49,237 nucleotides of DNA from Octopus bimaculoides (Eukaryota): the NCBI RefSeq assembly GCF_001194135.2, contig NC_068987.1, forward strand, positions 6,127,309 to 6,176,545, given 5' to 3'. Each line of letters starts with the position of its first letter. Position 1 is the stretch's first letter. Position numbers and translations under genes: made by a program. The notes below the pieces were generated by a model that was not told where the DNA came from, made no database searches, and saw only the letters and a program-made list of their open reading frames with translations. Positions 38,736 through 49,237 of the stretch are shown here, piece by piece.

Positions 38736-38764
38736 TATAATAATTTCTAAGTTTAGTACAAAGT

Positions 38765-39382
38765 GAACAAATTTGAAGGGGGAACTTAGTCGATAACATC
38801 GATCCTACTGCTCAACTATTACTTTTTAATCGATCCTGATAAGGATGAAAGGCGAAGTCGAGCCACGGCTGAATTTGAAATCTGAACGTAAATCCGAAAG
38901 AAATGCCACTGTGCATTTTGTCCGGCGTGCTAACAAGTCTGACAAATCACCGCCCTTCATTATCTGCACTATAGGTGCAGGTCCTGAAATTTTGCTGGGG
39001 AAGGGCTAATCGATTACTCCAACTTCAGTGCTCTGCTAATACCTATTTTTTCGTCCCCGAAAGGATGAAACGCAAAGTCGACCTCGACGGAATTTGAGCT
39101 CAGAACGAAGAGAACTTAGAGAAATACCACTAGCCTTTATCCTCCACCTGTTGACGATTCTTCTTTTCTAATTTTGACAAAAGCCCAGTAATTTCGAGGG
39201 TGAGAATTAGTTGATTACATTTGCCCCAATATTAAACTGATACTTATTTTATCAACCCGAAAAGAGCGAAAAGGTAAAGTCGACCTCGACGGCATTTGAA
39301 TTTAGAACAGAGAACAGGAAGAAATGCCGCTAGATATTTTCTTCGTCGCTAGACATTTTCTTCCTTCTGGAAATTCGCCGCC
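38765..39382 (-). mobile_element. Three consecutive diverged SINE family B copies
   Basis: AGGATGAAA...AAAGTCGACCTCG-type core motif at about 38845, 39065 and 39275. Confidence 0.8.
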
Positions 39383-40193
39383 ATATATTGGCCACAACAT
39401 AATAACAGAAACTAGCTTGCGTTCCCCTTCTCGAATAAGATTTACTGTTCCATATTCATTAGCATTTAAACCAAAAGTCGCGTGTGAGATACCTTAAAAT
39501 TGTTCGAGTAGTACTGATATTAGTAAAAGCTATGAGTTATGTGAGAAATATTACAATATCTTCCATATACGCCATTTCAAATGAGATTTCCACGCAATTC
39601 TCCATTGGGTTACATTTGCGCCAGTCACCACTCACAAATCAATTTACGAAAGCTATTCATCATTTCAAGTGTACGTCAGCTGAAAAGCATTAAAGAAAAT
39701 GGGCCGATATCTCGATAGTTCATTGTTGTTGAGACTTTTGTACTTATCTGAGATGATTGCCAAATTTAAACTAATAATCTAAAGGACTACGTTTTCAAGA
39801 TATATAACTGTTGTTCTATCTTCCTGGGAAAGGAAATTAGAAATATTTGCAGGGCTTAATGCAATTCAAATATCAAATGAACACAAAGACTATAAATAAA
39901 CGTACCGGAAACTGTGAGACAGTAAATATATGAATGGATTTTTCATAACTTTGTGAAACATTAAATATTCATAGATTACATGTTTGTGTCTAGAACCACA
40001 GTGTAAACGGAATTATGTAATCAGTTAATGTGAAGTAGTCTCTATACTTCTGAAGTGGTATTGCTTTGAGATTTTGAGAATTGTGAAGGAGTGTGTGCAT
40101 TTGTGTGTGATGCTATTCACAGACATGTACGTATATTCATTCAAATAAACACATACGCAAAACACACACGCGCGTATGTGTGCGTGTGTGTCT

Positions 40194-40237
<44 letters not shown>

Positions 40238-40242
<5 letters not shown>

Positions 40243-40610
40243 GGGGTGAAGACATGTCTGGTTAAGAATTTCGATTCCCTACCACGTCCATACGAGTTCA
40301 AATCTTACTGCACGACACTAGAAGTAGGTGTGGTTCCTACATATGAAACCTTGTCAGTAAATCTGGTACATGCAAATTATGTGGAACTTAGTCGTACGAA
40401 CACACACACACACACACATACACACACACATACATATATATATTATCGACAGGCTTCCACATAGTTTTCGTTCCCTAAATTCACTTACAAAGCATTGATC
40501 GGCCCGAAGCTATTGTAGAAGGTACTTGCTCAAAGTACCGCACCGTAGGACTGAACCTAAAACCATATAATTGCAAAACGTGTTTCTTAATCACAGAGCC
40601 ATGCTTGTGC
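40238..40610. mobile_element. Two SINE family A 5' halves in inverted orientation around a (CA)n tract
   Basis: + copy 40238-40395; - copy 40445-40610. Confidence 0.7.
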
Positions 40611-40842
40611 CTAATCATAAAGATAATGGGTTTTGTTTTCCCTCATCACCGTATGTGTTAGTTTAGTTAATTAAAAGTCTTGGCTCACTACATTAAAGAC
40701 GTTGGCGTTTCCGTCTATTGGGAAGATAAAAACTAATTCGCTTGTGTATAAAATTAATTTTCACAGCTGCTGATACAATGGTCAAACATAAAAGCATCGA
40801 TAATATTTCGTGGAAATAGGTGTGAATATTGAATCTCTTTCA

Positions 40843-40984
40843 GGTGGAGGGCTGGCAGAATGGTTAGCACGCCTGTCTTTACGTTCTGGGTTCAAATGCC
40901 ACCGGGCTCGACTTTACCTTTCATCCTTTCCGGTTCGATAAAATAAATACCAGTTGAGCACAGGGATCGATGTAATCGATTTGT

Positions 40985-40985
<1 letters not shown>
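40843..40985 (+). mobile_element. SINE family B, internally deleted
   Basis: GGCTGGCAGAATGGTTAGCACGCC...TTACGTTCTGGGTTCAAAT...CCTTTCATCCTTTC. Confidence 0.8.
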
Positions 40986-41075
<90 letters not shown>

Positions 41076-41609
41076 CATACATACATACATACATACATAC
41101 ATAGATGTGTGTGTGTGTGTGTGTGTGTGTGTTTTGGTATGGGTGAAGATATGTCTATGTATAATACATACCATCAACTCCTACACAGTTTCCGGTTGCA
41201 AAATTTTAATTGAAAGACTTTGGTCTATCACAGAGTTTAGTAGCAAATACAAGACAACTTTCCATTGTCAAGTTTTACACTCTTGGGGCTTAAGAAACGC
41301 TGTTGTCTGATATGTGGAGGAAGCGGTGCCAAAAGACCCGTTTTTTTTTTTGGCAGTATAACAAGGCTAATGACTAACAATTAAACTGACTTCCAGCATT
41401 AACAAAAAGCCATAATTTTTGGCGATGGGAATCCGGTACGAAATTGGTTCTCGTTTCAGCGACTGTAAAATGAAATGCCAAATCTACCTAAGCAGGATAT
41501 GAATTCATAATGGCAATGCATATAATACTATTACATCTTTCCTTTTTCTTCAACCATTTCTGCCTCCAAAGCCTCAAAAGGAGTAGTTATATCATATTAT
41601 ATTATATTA

Positions 41610-41860
41610 CAGTAATCCCTCGACTATCGCCGATGTTACGTTCCAAAACACCTCGCGACAGGTGAAAATCCGTGAAGTACAAACAGTACTGTGCTGTATA
41701 TATGTATATATATATATATATATTATATATATTATATATATATACATTATTTTTATAATTTGTATATATTAATTTTATTATAAATGCAAAACGGAGGAAT
41801 CGACGAAAGCTTAAATAATAAACCGCGATGTGTGAACCGCGATATGGCGAGGAATTACTG
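41610..41860 (+). mobile_element. pogo/Tigger-like MITE, copy 3
   Basis: TA-CAGTAATCCCTCG...CGAGGAATTACTG-TA: complete TIRs and TA duplication. Confidence 0.9.
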
Positions 41861-41894
41861 TATATTATATTATTCTATTTTATTTTATTTTCAT

Positions 41895-42298
41895 GAATTC
41901 TGAGTAAACGCCCAAATAGTACGATCGCGCATGAAAGCAGTCGAAATGGGGTTCCTTCAAAGGATCTTTACTTGACAGGGAATCAGTGAACCTCTCCAGG
42001 TTAAACCGCTACTTTTCCACATTAAAAGTCTCCAGCTCCAGTACTACGGACATGCGATTAGAATGTCGCAGGAAAAAACTGCAAGACTGGTTCGTTAAGC
42101 AGATCCAACCGGCAGGAGACTTAAGGGTTAACCAAGAATGAAAGGGTTGGGTAATAACTATAGTTTCAGGGGGTCACCTTCGATAATACTTCTGGAGAGT
42201 GTAATCACGGTTACTTCTGAGAGGACTCTTATGCAGGAGGTACTTAAGGCCTCTACACCTCGACCATCCTTGGTATAGCGAGCGCAGAAAATGGACGG
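41895..42298 (+). mobile_element. RTE/Expander-like LINE, 3' fragment
   Basis: RSRMKAVEMGFLQRI...VKPLLFHIKSLQLQYYGHAIRMSQE...PTGRR resembles RTE EMxFLRR...EPLLLRIERSQLRWFGHLVRM...PTGRRPRGRP; ends GCAGAAAATGGACGGG. Confidence 0.82.
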
Positions 42299-42961
42299 GT
42301 ATTATTATATTATATTATATCATATTATTCCTATAATATCATATTAGATCATATTATATCATATTAATTTCCCTGTCAAATTATATACTATCATATATTT
42401 AGTATCGATTATATATATTTTTCTGATGAAGAAGTTTAATATAAATATTTGTTCGAGAAAAATCTAATGTAATTGAAATTCTCACCTCACTTGTTTACCG
42501 AAATTAATTATAAGCAAAACACTACAGTTTCCCACAAAAATCTACTCAGTTACTTACATTAAACACGGGAACAAATTTATCGATAAATTTATTTTGAGAA
42601 TATATTTTTGCTTATTTATTTTTCTCCTCAAATCAGAAATTTGATTTTCTCAATTACTTATCTAAGAAAGGAAATAATTTCCTGCTAATTTCTAATTCAA
42701 TTTTCAAATTATATCCATATCCACCATTAAATGCTGTGATTAGGTGCAAGATAAAAGTATCCGTAATTTTCGCATTATGCAGTGCAGTTACATTATAATT
42801 CAATTATATCTCAAAGGTTCTTCTATTCATTTAAATCTAAATATCTTACGTAATACACAAGGAGTGCCAAAAATTACCATATTTAGAGAACTAATAGAAA
42901 TTCTCCTTTAAGACACAGTAAGTATTTATTGGCGCAATCTATATATGTATATATATATGTA

Positions 42962-42996
<35 letters not shown>

Positions 42997-44088
42997 NNNN
43001 NNNNNNNNNNNNNNNNNNNNNNNNNNNNNNNNNNNNNNNNNNNNNNNNNNNNNNNNNNNNNNNNNNNNNNNNNNNNNNNNNNNNNNNNNNNNNNNNNNNN
43101 NNNNNNNNNNNNNNNNNNNNNNNNNNNNNNNNNNNNNNNNNNNNNNNNNNNNNNNNNNNNNNNNNNNNNNNNNNNNNNNNNNNNNNNNNNNNNNNNNNNN
43201 NNNNNNNNNNNNNNNNNNNNNNNNNNNNNNNNNNNNNNNNNNNNNNNNNNNNNNNNNNNNNNNNNNNNNNNNNNNNNNNNNNNNNNNNNNNNNNNNNNNN
43301 NNNNNNNNNNNNNNNNNNNNNNNNNNNNNNNNNNNNNNNNNNNNNNNNNNNNNNNNNNNNNNNNNNNNNNNNNNNNNNNNNNNNNNNNNNNNNNNNNNNN
43401 NNNNNNNNNNNNNNNNNNNNNNNNNNNNNNNNNNNNNNNNNNNNNNNNNNNNNNNNNNNNNNNNNNNNNNNNNNNNNNNNNNNNNNNNNATATATATATA
43501 TATATATATACGACAGGCTCCTTTCAGTTTCCGTCTACCAAATCCACTCATAAGGCTTTAGTCGAATATAGAGCATAATAGGTAATTTAATAAATGACAA
43601 GAAAACAAAAAATTTATTTTGAATTTCATCAGCATACAATTGTTTCTGGTATTAGATGCTATGCATTCACAGTTAAACGCTTATGTATCACATTATAGCT
43701 TGAAGATCTGACGAAGCTATAACGTGGTACACATGCACTCATCTATGAGTGCTTTGCATCTCATTGCAGAAACGGCTGTAAGCTAATGTACTATATATCT
43801 GTAACATATGTAATACACACAGTATGGAGGTATGATATAATAAATATGTAACATGGTATAATTATAAACACGGCAAATTTTAGCCATTTCTCCGCAGACT
43901 AAAAACAAAATGATGAACAACCTTAATCGATTTTCGAACCTTATTGGGATCTCATCAAAGGCGTCCACATCACTTTGACAATCTCCAGAGAAGCAAGCAG
44001 CCAAATTGTTTGTATACTCAACAAATGCAGCAGTTACTCTATGAAGGATTGAAGGATTCCCGAATTTGCATACCGAAAGTGTTTAACA

Positions 44089-44119
<31 letters not shown>

Positions 44120-44927
44120 NNNNNNNNNNNNNNNNNNNNNNNNNNNNNNNNNNNNNNNNNNNNNNNNNNNNNNNNNNNNNNNNNNNNNNNNNNNNNNNNN
44201 NNNNNNNNNNNNNNNNNNNNNNNNNNNNNNNNNNNNNNNNNNNNNNNNNNNNNNNNNNNNNNNNNNNNNNNNNNNNNNNNNNNNNNNNNNNNNNNNNNNN
44301 NNNNNNNNNNNNNNNNNNNNNNNNNNNNNNNNNNNNNNNNNNNNNNNNNNNNNNNNNNNNNNNNNNNNNNNNNNNNNNNNNNNNNNNNNNNNNNNNNNNN
44401 NNNNNNNNNNNNNNNNNNNNNNNNNNNNNNNNNNNNNNNNNNNNNNNNNNNNNNNNNNNNNNNNNNNNNNNNNNNNNNNNNNNNNNNNNNNNNNNNNNNN
44501 NNNNNNNNNNNNNNNNNNNNNNNNNNNNNNNNNNNNNNNNNNNNNNNNNNNNNNNNNNNNNNNNNNNNNNNNNNNNNNNNNNNNNNNNNNNNNNNNNNNN
44601 NNNNNNNNNNNNNNNNNNNNNNNNNNNNNNNNNNNNNNNNNNNNNNNNNNNNNNNNNNNNNNNNNNNNNNNNNNNNNNNNNNNNNNNNNNNNNNNNNNNN
44701 NNNNNNNNNNNNNNNNNNNNNNNNNNNNNNNNNNNNNNNNNNNNNNNNNNNNNNNNNNNNNNNNNNNNNNNNNNNNNNNNNNNNNNNNNNNNNNNNNNNN
44801 NNNNNNNNNNNNNNNNNNNNNNNNNNNNNNNNNNNNNNNNNNNNNNNNNNNNNNNNNNNNNNNNNNNNNNNNNNNNNNNNNNNNNNNNNNNNNNNNNNNN
44901 NNNNNNNNNNNNNNNNNNNNNNNNNNN

Positions 44928-44958
<31 letters not shown>

Positions 44959-45324
44959 AGTATGTATTTGTATCTAATATATATATATGTATATATATGT
45001 ACATACATATATACAGAGAGACCTAGATATATGTATATACATAAATGCGTGTATATATATTAACGTTCGTCTTAAGTCGAGTCATAATAAACAATATTTT
45101 TACATTAAACAGAAGGATTGCTTCTTATGGATTGTAGAGTACATATTTATATCACTTTAAGAAGTCGAGGTGTGAAAGTAAATTCGAAGTTTCGACTTGA
45201 TAGACTTTCCGACGAAGGCTAGCGGCTCGAAATTCCAGGTCGAAACTCTTGCTGTCCCGCTTCTTGCAAAAATATAACAATTATTCCTATCTATCTGCCT
45301 GTCAATCTATCTAACTATTTATAT

Positions 45325-45540
45325 TTGTCTTATTTCTTAATTGCCCACAAGGGGCTAAACACAGAGGGGATAAACAAGGACAGACAAAGGGATTAAGTCG
45401 ATTACATCGACTCCAGTGAGTAATTGGTACTTAATTTATCGACCCCGAAAGGATAAAAGGCAAAGTCGACCTCGGCGGAATTTGAACTCAGAACGTAACA
45501 CCAGACGAAATACCGCTAAGCATTTCGCCCGGCGTTCTAA
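45325..45540 (-). mobile_element. SINE family B (tail ii), head truncated
   Basis: GCCCACAAGGGGCTAAAC...GACAAAGGGATTAAGTCGATT plus core. Confidence 0.9.
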
Positions 45541-45859
45541 CTCATGAAATGAGTCAAAAAGGGAAAGCAAATCACTGAAAAAAGAACAAAGAAAGTCAGC
45601 CCTACCCAATTCTGTCCAGTTCTGCCCAACTCACTAGTTTGCCAGGACCCATTTCGGAGACAAGACTTGCAAATGAGTCTAAAATAAACAAGCATTAGCG
45701 CTATTGGTGATACCCTAGCATGACCACAGTCTCTGGCTAAACTAATAACAGTATAGTTGAATAATAATAATAATAATAATAATAATGTAACAGTATATAT
45801 ATACACATTGTATGTGTGTGTGGCAACATAAATTTAAAGATAACGATTTATTTCTTTTC

Positions 45860-46285
45860 CACACAAGACACAAGGCCCGAAATTTTGGGGGAGGGGGCCA
45901 GTCGATTAGATCAACCCCAGTATGCAACGGGTACTTAATTTATCGACCCTGAAAGGATGAAAGGCAAAGTAAGCCTCGGCGGAATATGAACTCAGAACGT
46001 AAAGACAGACGAAATAACGCTAAGCATTTCAGCCGGCGTGCTCACGTATCTCATTTCTTTATTGCCCGCAAGGGGCTAGACATAGAAAAGGACAAACAAG
46101 GACAGACAAAGGGATTAAGTCGATTACATCAACCCCAGTGCGTTATTGGTACTTAATTTATCGACCCCGAAAGGATGAAAGGCAAAGTCGACCTCGGCGG
46201 AATTTGAACACAGAACGTAACGGTAGAGGAAATACCGCTAAGTATTTCGCCCGGCGTGCTAACGTTTCTACCAGTTCGCCGCCAT
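45860..46285 (-). mobile_element. SINE family B dimer (tail-i copy 45860-46049, tail-ii copy 46050-46285)
   Basis: Same arrangement as 34722-35220. Confidence 0.9.
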
Positions 46286-46621
46286 AAAGATAACGATTTA
46301 TTTAAGGATGTAAACACAACAATTAAACCTCACAACAAAACACAAGGATAAAACATAATGAATTGAATACAAAATGAACTCAACGAATGAAACCGCACAG
46401 GCTGAACGAAAGATGAACACAGTAAGCTATTTGTAGCTCACAATTTATTGAACTAAATACTGAAAATTGAAAACACTGACGTAAACACACATTAATTTAA
46501 GTACAGCGATCTATGAATAGGAACATAACACAGAACAGATTATTAAAGTAAACAGATCGAAGTAAATACAAGATGCTAAACGCAGTGATATGCAGAGAGA
46601 CATGAATAATAAGAATCTTAC

Positions 46622-46772
46622 ATATTGAGTGTTTGTTTTCTCCGCTGCTCGTCATTTCAATATTGTTTCCTGAATTTATGAGGTGAAACGTTCGTTCAAA
46701 ACTTCTTTTTACTTGCAATTTTAATGAGAAAACCGTTATATTGTCCGTTGGTGTTTCTATAAAGATGCATTG
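46622..46772 (-). other. Candidate upstream exon, possibly the first coding exon (MTSSGENKHSI) of the IgGFc-type gene
   Basis: Long polypyrimidine acceptor ...tttttatattttaaag|C, donor T|GTAAGA, ATG at 46655, phase-1 end. Confidence 0.35.
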
Positions 46773-47310
46773 CTTTAAAATATAAAAACAAAAGGAAAGA
46801 CAAGAAATTGCTTGAAGCAATATTATTTGTATTTTAAAATCCTCAGCTTGAACTCTGCCAACACTTGACGTAACTTTTGCTCTTTGCGCGGAACTTCGTT
46901 GAAAATCAGTTTTGGTTTGTATAGGCACAAATTTCAATACTTTTATTCGTATCCAAATACACTGGGTTTGTGGATCGCCTGTGAGTGATTGACTGTTTTA
47001 GTATCAGGCGTTAACTCGACACAAGATGGTTTGAGGCTATGAAAATCAACAGCTACAACTTTATAATCTCGCTTTCACCACGACAACGACGACCAGCACC
47101 AATACTTATATTAATAGCAACAACAGTCGTTCAGTGAATCTAAACAAGGTAACGTCCCAATTAACATAATCCGTAGATTACTTTTCTAGATAAACTTCTT
47201 TTCCTTAGATCGAAGCCGATAAAAACAGACTGAATATAGAAATGAAATTTAGAATCACCATATATAATGTGATCAGTTCTCAAAGAGCTATTTTACACAT
47301 GAGGAAATCT

Positions 47311-47900
47311 ATGACAGCATCAACAAGATCTGTAGGCCTTGTGGCGAATGACAGCATTAATTGCAACAACAATGAGTCAGTGATGAATAATTATTTTATG
47401 AGTGATCAGGCAACTAAATTTATCTCCGTCAGGTTAGGATTTAATAAAAGCATCATACGTTATGATCATAAATATTAAGTTAACATTCCTAAAACAAATC
47501 TGGTACGTAGAAAAACCTTTATGGTTGACGGCCAGTGCACAAACCTCGGTGTGATGGAACTTCATTCATTGCTCGTCTCCGACGAATGCGTTTGGTACAT
47601 AAGAGAACATACGGGTTATTCAGAAACGATAGCGGTAAGCAACATGATTGTATCACAGAAGTCTTGACTTATGACATAACCCGTATGCTTCCAAACTTCA
47701 AGAAAGCAGGAGTAATGGCGTGACATCCTTTGCATGGTTTTATCTACTGGATTCGAAAATGAAGGGTAAAGATCCGTCATGATGTTCTTTAAGACGTTAG
47801 TATGTAAATGAAATGTTATGACTACAACAGTGAATAGCAATCGGGCGTGGACTCGGCTCACCAAGAGCTCATCTGAACTCAACGTAAAAACAAATTTTTG
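47311..47900 (+). pseudogene. Degenerate Ras-superfamily-like coding remnant or pseudo-GTPase
   Basis: By-eye colinear similarity to Ras switch and beta-strand segments (see findings). G1, G3 and G4 motifs are absent and there are several stops. Confidence 0.35.
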
Positions 47901-48707
47901 GCTGAACCAAAACCTGCACAAGCGACCCAAGTAGTAATAGCAATAGTACCAATAGTAGTAGCTGTGGTGGTATTTTCAGGAAAACAGATATGGTGGTAGT
48001 GGTGGTGGAAAATGTGGTTGTGGTAAAAAGCTTGCAGGCAAAGACTGTGTCGTTGGTGTTAGCGGGGGTGGTGTTGGCAGTGCTGGCAGAAGAGGTTCTC
48101 CTATGTTAGTCAATCCAAACACGGCAAAGAGTTGAATTTTCTTATTTGCTTCTTTCTATATTTCATGATAAATCTTGTCAATTAGACAGAAAAATTCGAA
48201 CATTATCATATGACACATTTGAAGGTCAAAGAGCAGGACAGAGACATTATTTTCCTTTTTTCTTCAAAACTTGTATATAAGTGCAAAGAAAATTATTGCG
48301 TCTCTGATAGTTACTACATAAATCCAAATGCATCGAGTTCTCTCACCTGCTGGCCTCACCTCTGATAAATGAGCGGGTTAATAAATTTTCCTTCTTCTCC
48401 ACTCAATTAATATACTGCTGGTTTGATTAGTTATTCTATACATCTCATACTAATAGATTTTCTCTTTCAACCTCTTCATCACTTCATCGCATCATATATC
48501 TTAGCTACCTCATTCATACTATCTCTCTCTCTCTCTCTCTCTCTTCTTTTCGCCCATATCTTCTCATTTCGCAAGCCTCTCGTTCTCTCTTTCCATCTCA
48601 ATACATGCATACATATACATATATCCCCCAACACACATACATTTACATATATATACATAGATATATACATATATTTACATGTACACAGACGTACATACAC
48701 ACACACA

Positions 48708-48757
<50 letters not shown>

Positions 48758-48767
48758 NNNNNNNNNN

Positions 48768-48799
<32 letters not shown>

Positions 48800-49237
48800 A
48801 TTCACATATATGCACAGATACACACACACATTATATGTCATACATTTTATTACTTTCTTTCAACGCTTCATTTTCTCCTTCTTTTTCCTTTTCTCCATTC
48901 ATTCCGTGCCTTTATTTCTCTCTTTTCTCTTCTGACGCGTCCTCTTTCAGTATTCCCCCATAAATCTCTCAAACTATTCTCGCATCTTTCTATAGTTAAT
49001 TGACAAATACGCGACTACACTTACACCAAAGCACACACACACACACACGCACGCACACACAATGCGAGCGCGCAAGTACGCAAGTGCATGTGGACGGATG
49101 TCGGCGATGGGGAGTCAGAAATAATGAATAGTATACAGCAATACATATATGTATATATGTGTGTCATGCGGGTGTAGGCATCTTCAAACTACACACACAG
49201 ACACACACACACAGACACACACACACACGCACACATA

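Noticed and set aside
24473-45026. Long ORFs of 200-360 aa in the track
   Set aside because: They consist of N gaps and dinucleotide repeats (X, YI, HT, CV runs).
45190-45250. GTTTCGAC...CCGACGAAGG...GTCGAAAC hammerhead-like or inverted repeat
   Set aside because: The core reads CCGACGA, and stem II and the NUH/stem I pairing cannot be formed convincingly.
46497-46937. 146-aa minus-strand ORF with hydrophobic stretches, GPCR-like at first sight
   Set aside because: Starts at TTG; the hydrophobicity comes from the polypyrimidine tract and AT-rich intron-like sequence; no 7TM motifs.

Overview
Repeat-rich, AT-rich eukaryotic draft sequence with many N gaps. The SINE families look like those of Octopus (inference from recalled consensus sequences, not a database hit). 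One well-supported protein-coding gene lies on the minus strand: three exons (30187-29926, 22928-22428, 19498-18486), both introns phase 1 with canonical GT-AG. It encodes about 591 aa: a signal-peptide-like start, a divergent IgGFc-binding-protein N-terminal-type domain, an acidic DxDxDGxxDE-type double motif, a transmembrane helix and a short tail. The rest is mostly tRNA-derived SINEs (three families), pogo/Tigger and mariner MITEs, two RTE LINE 3' fragments, a pogo transposase fossil, a Helentron-like end, a Penelope-like fragment carrying a minimal hammerhead ribozyme, and microsatellites. More speculative: a degenerate Ras-like reading frame at 47.3-47.9 kb (+), a distant first coding exon for the IgGFc gene at 46.6 kb, and a few orphan exon candidates. 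Most ORFs in the supplied track are microsatellite or gap artefacts.
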